Shown here: positions 10,701 through 19,660 of the stretch, one piece after another
Numbering within the stretch: position 1 is the first letter of the stretch
How the letters are laid out: each line of letters begins with the position of its first letter
Virus record (IMG/VR): IMGVR_UViG_3300011114_000970
Span: 1 to 52,802 of that record
Strand: one strand, 5' to 3'
DNA from: a virus
Lineage: Duplodnaviria > Caudoviricetes
Length of the DNA: 52,802 bases
Notes under the pieces: generated by a model
Seen by the model: the letters and a program-made list of their open reading frames with translations, nothing else
Databases searched by the model: none
What the model was told of the DNA's origin: nothing
Translations under genes and position numbers: made by a program

Positions 10701-11751
10701 AACCTCTCTTTCTATCGGAATTGCTACACAAGGTGCAGACGATGGGACAAATCAAGGCGATAAAGACGGGTATAAGTTTGGAAAAGGAACTCAGCCTGGA
10801 ACTGGTGGGGGTTTATATGGCGATGAAGGGAATCCTGGGTTAGATAAAGTTGATATGGCTTCTTTAGAAGATCCTTTTGATGAGCCCATTGAAGAACCCA
10901 TTGAAGAACCAATTGAAGAACCAATTGAAGAACCAATTGACGAGCCTCCTCCTGAAGATCCTGAAGATCCTGAAGACCCTGAAGATCCAACAAAGACTAC
11001 TACTCCGCCAACTAAAACACCTGTTAAGCCGCCATTACCTGTTATCAAGAAACCTGTAATTCAAGCTGAAAGCCAAATACCAGGATATAGCTGGAACGAA
11101 ACTATTACAGGCGCTTTACCTCACAGTTTACAAGCAACATTTTTAGCTGGTGCGCCAGTGACCGAAGGAAGAAATATGCCATCTCAACTTAGACAACTCT
11201 ACCCACAGCTTGCCAATATTGACCCTCGACTATTGCAAATTCTCAGTGGGAAATCAACTCCCTCCAATTTAGGTGGCGATTATGGCAGCACTGACCTGAG
11301 TGCAACAGCGCAAGGTGGTAGACCTTCTGCAGGATACCCAGCTCAAGCTGCAGCGGAATCCTCTGCTGCAAAATTTGCATCGCCTAATCTTCCAGCGAGT
11401 TATAATTCGCTTTATGCAGCGGGTCTTTCTTCTTTAGGTGGCGCTTCTAATCCTTATGGCCTAAAAGAAGGAGGCACACCTCATAGACCTGAGTTTATAA
11501 CAGGCAAAACAGGTCATTTTGTAGAAGGACGTGGAGATGGTCAATCGGACGATATACCTGCTATGTTAGCTGACGGAGAATATGTATTTGACGCAGATAC
11601 TGTTGCTTCCTTAGGGAATGGTTCTTCTAAGGCAGGCGCTGCAGCGTTGGACAAGATGCGTGAGAGCATACGTCAACATAAGCGTTCAGCGCCACACAAT
11701 AAAATTCCTCCCAAGGCTAAATCGCCTTTAGAATATATGAAAGGTCGATAA
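7741..11751 (+). CDS. Large ejection/internal virion protein with two DUF4214-like repeats
   Basis: 1336 aa; two LYxxxLGRGVDPSG...SQEY repeats; Gly/Ala hydrophobic segment; C-terminal GDGQSDDIPAMLADGEYVFDADTV domain. Confidence 0.7.
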   Translation: MGWVDSGDSATWVDDPAPESSVTVEAAPPDQGGGDIFTGVPQIYDVDRVQNIPPDQGGGVDINALYQQYLGRGVDPSGAATYSGWSPQDIASDLMKSQEYASSHGALPTNTPQDVNSIYQSLLGRGVDPSGAATYAGWEPSNIWNNILQSQEYTSTHNNPMLSMAGVYPRGALPSIDYTTTYNYAPDWLSPQDYAASGFDNQGRSVASIVPTANLNAPEGGPRLNEYGRLDQYNGQEGTATQGYQVAQGGRWHETVDMEGNPKITWVPSTFDLSGGKQVSDDPSKQGSPTFQGGTRMPDGTIVHYDAMTDSVTVEAPLSSYSTKADDQRLGYREQRYTGASNFGDTTKFQGQDVSTSKGEFLVDKETGRLFVDKNNDPIPVYRKPRDPGFDDWLTENGWMTIPMLAAIALSAGSATPLVAGEVGAAGAAGAGIAEGGVAASTAASTTFAAETAAAANAAAAAANPLSPSTLLPYSTTGSQLTTGSSLIPTTVAPWYSTTIPALDAVLAGAAKGAVIGAGTSYLTKGDPVKGAVYGALSGGVGAGGADLAANYISPSAWVTGAAGGAAAAAANAAVRGGDNILRNTAIGAITGATLPVVTDLAISVIGSDNPLAVDIFSRGILSAGRALATGGDPLQALTYSSVATVLGSNFNPSTGTITDAFGKVVSDNNITNSPQYAQLSSDLGGNNAANAWIDTQLTSITQDQNSLTTAMDNSSVLNNVANNTSAFTQADNKPNIFDIVLPSISPAGLEFPSPEDLSGMFAKTADQMAAGDTLYSKINPDSYVIKNEDGSLTAVGPSGEKMAVSQDQANDLVKAMNDANNSITTDDWTDKTKSQAQGALFSGDAKPMQVPNNWQGWTGDQPSASVLSDNYEGMMQNVQQDVTQKFIDDYKDKPTLGLETVKSSPEDIQRINEEIQNEQRQDASNLNQAGQMSQPTENEEALAISNNPLVLANATPEQEERINELKDIITSPNTTPEQKDQAAKELTSLSIGIATQGADDGTNQGDKDGYKFGKGTQPGTGGGLYGDEGNPGLDKVDMASLEDPFDEPIEEPIEEPIEEPIEEPIDEPPPEDPEDPEDPEDPTKTTTPPTKTPVKPPLPVIKKPVIQAESQIPGYSWNETITGALPHSLQATFLAGAPVTEGRNMPSQLRQLYPQLANIDPRLLQILSGKSTPSNLGGDYGSTDLSATAQGGRPSAGYPAQAAAESSAAKFASPNLPASYNSLYAAGLSSLGGASNPYGLKEGGTPHRPEFITGKTGHFVEGRGDGQSDDIPAMLADGEYVFDADTVASLGNGSSKAGAAALDKMRESIRQHKRSAPHNKIPPKAKSPLEYMKGR
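10879..10989 (+). repeat. Coding tandem repeats (12-bp CCMATTGAAGAA and 9-bp CCTGAAGAY units)
   Basis: Encodes DEPIEEPIEEPIEEPIEEPIDEPPPEDPEDPEDPEDP. Confidence 0.9.
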
Positions 11752-11753
11752 TC

Positions 11754-12758
11754 ATGGCACTGTCTCAAGGTTCACCATTACCAAATATAACAACTACTCA
11801 GCAGCAGCAGACACAAGCTCCGAGTTGGTACACTGATTATTTAAATAATTTAGCGCAAACAGGTACACAAGCAGGTGCAGGTGCGCAATATGTTGGCGCT
11901 ACAGGTTTGCAAAATCAAGCGTTTAATCAAACGCAACAGAATGTTGGCAATTATCAACCAAGCCTAACAGCTGCGACTAACTTAGCGAATACTGCTGGCA
12001 ACACGAACGTAGCAAGCTCAGTTAATCAGTTTATGAACCCCTACACGCAAAATGTCGTTGATGCTTTGGGTGTTACAGGTCGTCGGAATATTGATCAGTA
12101 TTTAGCTCCTGGGGCGACTTCAGCTGCTGTTGGTTCTGGACAATTTGGTTCAAAGCGTGGAGCTGAAGTGCTTGGCCAAGCGATGAATACAGGTTTACAG
12201 AATTTAAATTTAGCACAATCCCAAGCGCTTCAAACTGGCTATGGGCAATCACTACAAGCAGCGCAGAACCAAGTCTCAAATCAATTAGCAGCGAGTGGTC
12301 AGCTTGGCTCTTTAGCAGGGCAACAGCAACAGTATGGATTGGGCGATGTTAATGCACTTTCAACACTGGGCGCTCAACAGCAACAAATTAGTCAAAATGA
12401 ATCTTTATTCCCCTTACAAACTGCAGCTCAACAAGCAGCGATATTGAGAGGCTATACAATCCCGACTTCTGTGGCTTCTAGTTATACAGGTCCAATTCCT
12501 GGTGCGTACAGCGCTTCTCCTTTACAGCAAATTGCAGGTTTAGGTTCACTGCTAGGTGCATTGAATCAATCTCCTGCTGGAGGTGGAAAAACACCTTCTG
12601 AAAATTTCGCCAGCTTGGTCGGAACAGGATATGACAAAATTAAAAATATATTTTCGAACCCATCTCAAGAAAATGACTACGTACCTATTGACCTTTCAAC
12701 AGGTGCTGAAGGAAATACTTCACTGCCTCCTTGGTGGTGGAATGACTCTTATGATTAA
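11754..12758 (+). CDS. Ejection (pilot-type) protein
   Basis: Q/A/G-rich; FMNPYTQNVV, GQFGSKRG, SPLQQIAGLG motifs. Confidence 0.7.
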   Translation: MALSQGSPLPNITTTQQQQTQAPSWYTDYLNNLAQTGTQAGAGAQYVGATGLQNQAFNQTQQNVGNYQPSLTAATNLANTAGNTNVASSVNQFMNPYTQNVVDALGVTGRRNIDQYLAPGATSAAVGSGQFGSKRGAEVLGQAMNTGLQNLNLAQSQALQTGYGQSLQAAQNQVSNQLAASGQLGSLAGQQQQYGLGDVNALSTLGAQQQQISQNESLFPLQTAAQQAAILRGYTIPTSVASSYTGPIPGAYSASPLQQIAGLGSLLGALNQSPAGGGKTPSENFASLVGTGYDKIKNIFSNPSQENDYVPIDLSTGAEGNTSLPPWWWNDSYD

Positions 12759-12767
12759 GGAATAGTT

Positions 12768-14393
12768 ATGGCACTTCCAATGGCAACAACTCCTCCTCAG
12801 GGATTAGGCATGGACGAAACAGGTCGTCAAGAGTATTTTGACGCTCTGAATAAAACATTGCAAGCGCTTGAAGCAAGGGGCAATGGTAATATTAATTTAT
12901 GGAATGTAGCTGGACAATTTTTCAACCCAGGACGAACAGGGCAATTCAGTGAAGCATTGGGAAACGTAGCTAGCTCAGTAGGCAAAGACATGGAGCGTCA
13001 GCAAGAAGCTGCTATTCCGCTTGCACAAATGCGTGCGACAATTGCTGGGCAGAAATATACAGTTGGAAACGAGACAAAAGCATTAGCATTACTAGCCAAT
13101 GCACTCGACACAACTCCTCAGCAAGCTGGTCAAACTATTGCTTCAGGAGAAATGACTCCTGATATGATTAGCAAAATACCTTCTGGACTTTATGTTTATT
13201 TAAATAAACTCGATCCAAAGCTGGGAGAAGGAATTAAAAATGCATTCACTATGGACGTTGAGCGTCGTAAGCTAGTTAATGAAGATATCAAAAATGGTTT
13301 GAGTGTAACCGACCTCACTGCCAAATATGGCAGAGGAGTTGAGCAATATTTACCAAGTCAATTGCAGAAGAAACCTTCTGCTCCTAGTGCGTCTTCTGAA
13401 ATTCTTGCACCTAAAGATCTTGCTGCGCAAATTGAAACAGATTTTGGAATTAAACTAGGACCAGCAGCATTAACAAGAACAGAAGCTCAACAAAAAGATT
13501 TAGTAGACCGAGCAGCCGCAGGCGAACAAGGAATTTATAAACCTGCGCCTGTTTTAAAAGGTAAAGAGACTTATCATGAAGGTGCAATAGATGTTCCTCG
13601 TACAGTTCCTGAGTCGTATTTGAATGCTCGAGGGTATTATCGCCCAGACAAAAATGATCCTGTTCACGCTGTGCCAATGCCTGCAAGGAAAGCAGAACCA
13701 AGTCCAGCAACAGCCAGCGAACAGGGCTTACCATTAGCAGTTCAAGCAGACGTACAAAAAGAAAGAGCAAAAGCTCAAGACGAGACTTTTAAAACTCAGA
13801 GAACTGAACTTTTTTCTTACACTCCGCAAATGACGGTGAAATCAAATCAACAATTAAAAGAGTTACATGATATTGCTGATAAATATCCTCGTATTTATGG
13901 ATTGATGCAACAACAAGGTACATTAGCAGCCATTCAAGCTGCGGCGCAAGAGGGAGTAACTGCAGGAAGGTTCGGTAATATTAGTTTACCAGTGCAAACA
14001 TTCTTAGAAAAAGTCAAGCTGGCTCCAGAAGAGCAAAGAGTCCTACGTAGAGCGGCGCAGCTTATGGCTGAGCAATTCTTTGAAACAGCAAAAGCAGAAA
14101 AATCAGCCTTGGGTCCACAGATCTCCAATGCAGATGCGCAATTTATGCAACGTCCACTCGTCACAGAAGCAGATGCAGCTTCTACAGTTAAATACTGGTC
14201 AGAGCAACGCATGGTGCTAAATCATCAAAGAGGAGAAATATTTAAATCAGCCACTCAATTCGATAAAAAATATGGCACATCATTACCAGCTGGGCGTTAT
14301 TTTGATTCACCTGACTATTTAAGTATTGTGAAAAAATACGACGATCTACAGACTCAATTGCGTGCTCGTCATCCTGACTTCGGAGCAAAATGA
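12768..14393 (+). CDS. Ejection protein with a putative M15-type peptidoglycan peptidase domain
   Basis: RTEAQQKDL...YHEGAIDV...DPVH resembles the zinc-ligand pattern of M15 peptidases. Confidence 0.6.
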   Translation: MALPMATTPPQGLGMDETGRQEYFDALNKTLQALEARGNGNINLWNVAGQFFNPGRTGQFSEALGNVASSVGKDMERQQEAAIPLAQMRATIAGQKYTVGNETKALALLANALDTTPQQAGQTIASGEMTPDMISKIPSGLYVYLNKLDPKLGEGIKNAFTMDVERRKLVNEDIKNGLSVTDLTAKYGRGVEQYLPSQLQKKPSAPSASSEILAPKDLAAQIETDFGIKLGPAALTRTEAQQKDLVDRAAAGEQGIYKPAPVLKGKETYHEGAIDVPRTVPESYLNARGYYRPDKNDPVHAVPMPARKAEPSPATASEQGLPLAVQADVQKERAKAQDETFKTQRTELFSYTPQMTVKSNQQLKELHDIADKYPRIYGLMQQQGTLAAIQAAAQEGVTAGRFGNISLPVQTFLEKVKLAPEEQRVLRRAAQLMAEQFFETAKAEKSALGPQISNADAQFMQRPLVTEADAASTVKYWSEQRMVLNHQRGEIFKSATQFDKKYGTSLPAGRYFDSPDYLSIVKKYDDLQTQLRARHPDFGAK

Positions 14394-15553
14394 TGAGCGA
14401 GTTAGACGAAATTCTCGGTAAAAAAGCGCCTGAAGTAAAACCCGTTTCAAAAAGCGAATTCAAACTGGAAGATCTAGACCCTCTTTTTGAAAAACCAATG
14501 GAACCTCCTGCAGAAAAAGAATCTAAACTAATCTCTGCAGAAATGCCTTCTAATGTTGTACCAGCTGCAGCTGTGGGCGCTGCGACAGGATATGTAGCTG
14601 GGAAGTTTATTCCTTCTATAGAAACAAAAGCACCTGCAAATGTAGCGAACAGAACCATAGAAGCAGAGGTGGCTAAAAAAGCTGCAGAGCGTCAAGTTGC
14701 TAATCTAAGTCAAGCAAAAACAGGACACGCAACCAATATTGACTCTGCTTTTCAAGAGCTAAATGTTTTAAAAGCAAAGGCTGATGAAGCCGCTCAAAGA
14801 CTAGCAGCTGTGCGTGAGAGAGCGATGGGTCTGGGTGCAATCCCTGAACCAAAACCTATCGTCCCAACTACAGCTGTTGGAAGTTCTGAAGTTCCTGGAT
14901 CTCTTTCTCAAGGTTCACTCCGTCACTCTGAAAAGATGGGTGAGATAACAGAAGCTAATAAAGTTCGTAAAGGAATTGCAGGTACTGCAAAGGGATTACC
15001 CTTAGAACAACGGATGCCATTGACAGGATTTTCTCAGAATAGCAGAGTTATAGTGCCTGACTATTTAGCACAGGCGCCAATTTATACACAAGAACAATTA
15101 GCAGTGCAAAGAGAATTACAGCAAGCTCAAACTATGTTTGAAAATGCGCAAAAACAAGCAACAGGTGCGCAGGCAAAATGGCAGGGGTTAACAAAATCAG
15201 TCCCAAGGGGAGTAACAACAGCGGAAGTAGGTGCGACACGTGCTACAGAAAAAGCAATGACTGCTGCTGACCGCTTGGCTGAATTGCAAAAATTAAAACC
15301 AAGCATGGTTTCTAAGATGGGCTCGGCTATTAGTAGAATCCCAGGACTTAATATTTTTGCAGGAGGATTAACCGCAGCTGAAGCAATGAATGCCTATGAA
15401 CAAGGATTAACCACAGAAGGTGTTATGTCTGGGCTGGGCGCAACAGGTGGAGCGCTTATGATGGCACCACATCCCGCTGCAAAATTAGTGGGGGGTGCAC
15501 TTTCAATACCCCCACTCGTTTATCAAGGTTATAAAGCATTGAGTAAAGAGTAA
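14390..15553 (+). CDS. Probable ejection protein (coiled coil, hydrophobic C-terminus)
   Basis: Last gene of the late operon; Ala-rich helices; Gly-rich hydrophobic C-terminus. Confidence 0.55.
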   Translation: MMSELDEILGKKAPEVKPVSKSEFKLEDLDPLFEKPMEPPAEKESKLISAEMPSNVVPAAAVGAATGYVAGKFIPSIETKAPANVANRTIEAEVAKKAAERQVANLSQAKTGHATNIDSAFQELNVLKAKADEAAQRLAAVRERAMGLGAIPEPKPIVPTTAVGSSEVPGSLSQGSLRHSEKMGEITEANKVRKGIAGTAKGLPLEQRMPLTGFSQNSRVIVPDYLAQAPIYTQEQLAVQRELQQAQTMFENAQKQATGAQAKWQGLTKSVPRGVTTAEVGATRATEKAMTAADRLAELQKLKPSMVSKMGSAISRIPGLNIFAGGLTAAEAMNAYEQGLTTEGVMSGLGATGGALMMAPHPAAKLVGGALSIPPLVYQGYKALSKE

Positions 15554-15569
15554 CTTCACAGCAGTTCCT

Positions 15570-15728
15570 TCAATTTACTCCCACTTCGGTGGGAGCTTTT
15601 TTTGAAGTCATCAGTGCAATGGTCCAAGCTTCTAACCAAATGCTGTAAGGGTCTTTCAAAAGATCTTCATTCCCCGTGTGTTTTAGCAACTCGATCCAAT
15701 CATCATATTCTTGTTTTGGGTCAATCAT
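15570..15728 (-). CDS. Small hypothetical protein (52 aa)
   Basis: MIDPKQEYDDWIELLKHTGNEDLLKDPYSIWLEAW..., start overlaps the polymerase stop; below track cutoff. Confidence 0.55.
   Translation of the reverse strand: MIDPKQEYDDWIELLKHTGNEDLLKDPYSIWLEAWTIALMTSKKAPTEVGVN
15578..15603 (+). terminator. Intrinsic terminator of the late operon
   Basis: CTCCCAC-TTCG-GTGGGAG followed by CTTTTTTT, where the two arms converge. Confidence 0.9.
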
Positions 15729-18447
15729 TTCCAATTACCTTCCATTTTTCAATTTGCATCATTCTTATTCCGTTCCCACCCATTTTCCCTCTTGCGAGGA
15801 TTATAGCGCCAATCGGGACAGATTCTAATATTTCTTTGCCCATTCTTTCGTAATCTTTTCTACGGATTGTAAGAATTGCAAGACCTGTATCGTCTTTTAC
15901 CGTGATGTTAAGCCAATAACGAAATTTACGATCAAAATCAGTTATGACTCCTCCACGTTTCATAACATTACCTGTTTCAAGAGCGTCTCGTAAATTCTTT
16001 TCAGTCATAATTCCAATAACGACTCGTTCAGACGAGTCGGCTTCTAAATCATTACACTTAGTTAACTCCCAGCCTTCTTTGAGACCGTGCTTGCGAGGGT
16101 TTGCATACCAATCTCCAAAGCGAGCTGTGAAAGGATACGGATCTGGCCATTTCAGTTTTGGGTTTTCCATTTTGGAGGTTATACTTGGTGGCAGAACCTT
16201 TCCTGTTACCCGAGAGTCAAGCACCTTCTGCGCCATCTTGGGTCCAATCCCATGCACAGCGATCAATCCACCGTAAATTGCATCACCTTTAGCTGCCCAA
16301 CTGGCTTCAGATTTGTCTTTGTCGAATGCGACGTATTTGAAACCTTCAGCAGTGATTTCTCGAAGCAGTTTCAAAACAGCGTCATCATCAGAAGTATGAC
16401 GCAAAGCGGCTGCGCAAAATTCCAATGGATGGTGATGTTTTAACCAAGCTGTCCAAGCAGAAATAACAGAATATGCCGCTGCATGAGCTTTTACGAATGC
16501 GTATGAGCCTGCATGCATCATTGAATTCCAAACTTCTAAAGCTACTTCTTTTTTGATATCTTGCTGTTCTGCGCCTGCTAAAAATTTATCACGGAATTGG
16601 TCGAAATATTCTTTACCCAAAGACTTTGACATTGCTCTTCTTAGAGCTGTTAATTCTGGCCAGCCTAATTTCCCCATATCTCTTCCAAGGAACAAAATCT
16701 GCTCTTGGTAAACAACAACACCTTCTGTTTGCTCTGTCCATTTTTTATGAATCTCATGATAATAGCTCGGGATCTCTTTGCCGTTACGTACTTCGAGGAA
16801 TTTCTTAGCGCCGCCAGATTGTAATGGTCCAGGACGAGCCAATGAAGTTAAGGCAACGATATCGTTGAAATTCTTGACTTCAAATTGCCTGAGCAATTGC
16901 CTAGCTGCGTCTCCTTCAATTTGAAAAACTCCTGTAATCTTTTGACTGTTCAGCAGCGAATAAACTTCTGGTGCGTGGATGTCGATATCTGTTATCTTTT
17001 TGCCGACTTTGTCTAAGGTCTCTTGCACAATGTCCAGTGTTTTTAGACCCAATGCATCCAGCTTCATCAAATTCAAAGACTCAGCTTGATATTTGTCTAT
17101 CTGTCCAATGCCTTCTGCAGTGACGGAACAGTAGTCTGCTACAGGCGTATTGCAGATGATAACACCAGCAGCGTGTACGCCAGCGTGCGAAGCATGCCCT
17201 TCTAGTGCGCCTGAATTACGGAATCCAGGATGTTTTTCTAATAATTCACGTCCCGCCTTCAATGCTTCCATTGTATCAGTCAAACAAAATGCAGCTCGAG
17301 AATCTCCCGAAGATCGCTCAATCATATTGTCACGAATTTCTGCAGTCTCCCAAACAGGAATTTTCATACGCTTTCCGACTGTTGCCAAGATTGACCTAGG
17401 CTTTAAACGATTCACATTTCCTAGCCTTGCAATACTTTCTGCTCCGTATTTCCCTTTTAGATATTCAAACAATTCGTCTCGGCGATCTCCAGGAAAATCC
17501 ATGTCAATGTCAGGCAAATCGATTCTGGTTATATCTACGAATCGTTCAAACAGCAATCCGTATTCAATCGGGTCAAGTTCAGTTATCCCGAGCAAATAAC
17601 ATATGATTGACCCTGAAGATGAACCTCGTCCAGGACCAACGAGCATACGTTCACGAGCCCAACGAATTAAATCATAAACCATTAAGAAATAAGATTCAAA
17701 CTTCTTTTCTCTGATTACGCCTAATTCACGTTGCAATCGAGCTTCGTATTCCTCACCGAAACCCTTTGGAAAACGCCAGCTGATCCCTTTCCTTGCTTCT
17801 GCTTCTAGATCGCCTTCTACGACCATATTTTCAGCTACAGGAAGCTTTATTGGCTCGAATCGCTCTGCAATTTCTTCCCAAGAGACAGAAAGTGGGTGAA
17901 TTTCATTTATTTCCCGCTGCGACCACCAATGCTGCGAGTGTGCACCCAACCGCACTCCGAGCAATTCTGCATACTTGCGGTCTGTCGGAGCAGGATATCG
18001 CACATCGGAAACAAAGAAAAGTGGTAATTTCTTTTTATATGCCCACGCTTTATTAATCTCATTTTTCAATGGATTTAAAGGCGATAAATCGATTACCATA
18101 TCTGCAGCTTGAATTCTGCTTATATCAGCTGTGTGGGGGAATACCAAAAGATTATCAGAAAATTCAGTATCATAACTAATTCCCGCACTGTGGCGATATA
18201 ATTCTCTAACCCCCTCTTGGTTCTTTGCTAACACTTTGCAGGATCGTTCTTCATCTTTTATTAATAACTCTGCACCGAGGATGGGTTGCAATCCTGCCTT
18301 TTCTGCAGCTTTGAAAAAAGGCACATGCCCCCAAGTTCCTGTGTCACAAATGGCTGGTTGTGTATAGCCTAAATCTATGGCTCGTTTTATGACTTTGTCA
18401 ATTGGACCAAAACAATTACCGAATGAAAATTCTGACCTAGTGAGCAT
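15721..18447 (-). CDS. dnaE: DNA polymerase III alpha subunit-like (family C) polymerase
   Basis: GPGRGSSSGS, LLFERF, PDIDMDF, HAAGVII, KLDALGL, RPGPL, VYQEQ, YAFVKAHAAAY; start may be 18447 or 18468. Confidence 0.95.
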   Translation of the reverse strand: MLTRSEFSFGNCFGPIDKVIKRAIDLGYTQPAICDTGTWGHVPFFKAAEKAGLQPILGAELLIKDEERSCKVLAKNQEGVRELYRHSAGISYDTEFSDNLLVFPHTADISRIQAADMVIDLSPLNPLKNEINKAWAYKKKLPLFFVSDVRYPAPTDRKYAELLGVRLGAHSQHWWSQREINEIHPLSVSWEEIAERFEPIKLPVAENMVVEGDLEAEARKGISWRFPKGFGEEYEARLQRELGVIREKKFESYFLMVYDLIRWARERMLVGPGRGSSSGSIICYLLGITELDPIEYGLLFERFVDITRIDLPDIDMDFPGDRRDELFEYLKGKYGAESIARLGNVNRLKPRSILATVGKRMKIPVWETAEIRDNMIERSSGDSRAAFCLTDTMEALKAGRELLEKHPGFRNSGALEGHASHAGVHAAGVIICNTPVADYCSVTAEGIGQIDKYQAESLNLMKLDALGLKTLDIVQETLDKVGKKITDIDIHAPEVYSLLNSQKITGVFQIEGDAARQLLRQFEVKNFNDIVALTSLARPGPLQSGGAKKFLEVRNGKEIPSYYHEIHKKWTEQTEGVVVYQEQILFLGRDMGKLGWPELTALRRAMSKSLGKEYFDQFRDKFLAGAEQQDIKKEVALEVWNSMMHAGSYAFVKAHAAAYSVISAWTAWLKHHHPLEFCAAALRHTSDDDAVLKLLREITAEGFKYVAFDKDKSEASWAAKGDAIYGGLIAVHGIGPKMAQKVLDSRVTGKVLPPSITSKMENPKLKWPDPYPFTARFGDWYANPRKHGLKEGWELTKCNDLEADSSERVVIGIMTEKNLRDALETGNVMKRGGVITDFDRKFRYWLNITVKDDTGLAILTIRRKDYERMGKEILESVPIGAIILARGKMGGNGIRMMQIEKWKVIGND

Positions 18448-18964
18448 CGAGCGCCTTATAGCATTCAAACAGAGCTTTTACGTCGTCCAATGCCCTGTGA
18501 GTCTGAGCGAGTGGTTTTCCCTGAGTGTGTTCATAAAGTTCTGTTAATTTCATGCGCCTACCTTTTATGTGCATCGTTGAATCGACGGTACATATCTGAT
18601 TCGGAGGGAAAGGGAATCTCCTCTCCCATCCGCAGCGGAGTAATTCAAAATAGAGTACATCTCTATCGAATGCTAAATTATGCGCTATTAAAGTGTTTGC
18701 ACCTAAAAAGAATTCAGCTAACTCAGGAATTATTTCTTCTATATGACGTTTACCTTTTAACTGCTCTGGCTTTATACCTGTAATTTTTGTTATTTCCGCA
18801 GAAATTTCTTGCTTTGGATCGATCAGCTCACTCAGCTCTGCAACAACATTCATTGACTCCGTTACCTTTATAGCACCGATTTCAATAATTTTTGGTTGCA
18901 GCTCTAAGTCAGAAGAGCTGGGCAGTGTTAAGCCTGTTGTTTCAAAGTCAAGGAGAATTATCAT
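18437..18964 (-). CDS. DnaQ-like DEDDh 3'-5' exonuclease
   Basis: DFETTG (Exo I), HNLAFD (Exo II), HRALDD (Exo III). Confidence 0.92.
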   Translation of the reverse strand: MIILLDFETTGLTLPSSSDLELQPKIIEIGAIKVTESMNVVAELSELIDPKQEISAEITKITGIKPEQLKGKRHIEEIIPELAEFFLGANTLIAHNLAFDRDVLYFELLRCGWERRFPFPPNQICTVDSTMHIKGRRMKLTELYEHTQGKPLAQTHRALDDVKALFECYKALDAH

Positions 18965-19241
18965 TAGTCAGCTCTTCAAGCATAGCGGCATAAACGGAAA
19001 GGTCGTGAGCAGAATCTCTATGACCGCCATGATCTAAATTCTCTGCGTAGCGCATTATCTTGCTAACGCACTGGACAAGAATCCCAAAACGATTATGCGA
19101 TTCAAAAGAATCTAACTCTAACCCTTTGGGGAACATTGCAGCCATAACTTTTCCATACTTTTTGTAATTATCTCCGTAAAGTTTATTACGTTGCTCATAG
19201 GTGTCAGCGCAATCACGTAACAATTCTGGAACAGTTTTCAT
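18948..19241 (-). CDS. DUF6378-like all-alpha protein, possible nucleotide pyrophosphohydrolase
   Basis: RNKLYGD, KIMRY, HRDSAHDLSVYAA pattern. Confidence 0.6.
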   Translation of the reverse strand: MKTVPELLRDCADTYEQRNKLYGDNYKKYGKVMAAMFPKGLELDSFESHNRFGILVQCVSKIMRYAENLDHGGHRDSAHDLSVYAAMLEELTNDNSP

Positions 19242-19660
19242 ACTAAAACTCCCTTAACTCCTAGTTCACGATACATCTCAACGATGTCTTGGCGATCGTC
19301 ATATGCTTTTTCAATTTCAAACATTTGTAGTTTTAGCATTTTGATTACATCTCTTTTTAATTCAACAGAGTGGCGATGGTCGTCGTTACCACGCATGATA
19401 AGGACTTTGTAATCGAAGCAATTATCATGCAGCCAGGATTTTGTTTTCTTTCTCATGTATTCTGGTCTGGCTGTAAGGAAAAATACATCAACAGGAGATT
19501 CGTCAACAATATGACGATTTATAACCAAATCACCACCACAATGCAAATGATACTCGTGGTATTTATGATCACCATCTGCAGCTTGAGGATCGATCATCCA
19601 ATGACGCCAGTCATCTTGACTTATGGTGTTGTCTAAATCAACAATACGGATTGTTCTCAT
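19238..19660 (-). CDS. HAD-family phosphatase (PNKP phosphatase-like)
   Basis: DLDNT motif I, LTARP motif II, Lys, AYDD motif IV. Confidence 0.85.
   Translation of the reverse strand: MRTIRIVDLDNTISQDDWRHWMIDPQAADGDHKYHEYHLHCGGDLVINRHIVDESPVDVFFLTARPEYMRKKTKSWLHDNCFDYKVLIMRGNDDHRHSVELKRDVIKMLKLQMFEIEKAYDDRQDIVEMYRELGVKGVLV

Noticed and set aside
10724-11059. Repetitive antisense/alternative-frame ORFs
   Set aside because: Shadows of the PIEE/PED coding repeat
15944-18056. Plus-strand ORFs opposite dnaE, and similar antisense ORFs opposite portal and the 1383-aa gene
   Set aside because: No RBS or motifs; expected shadows of long genes
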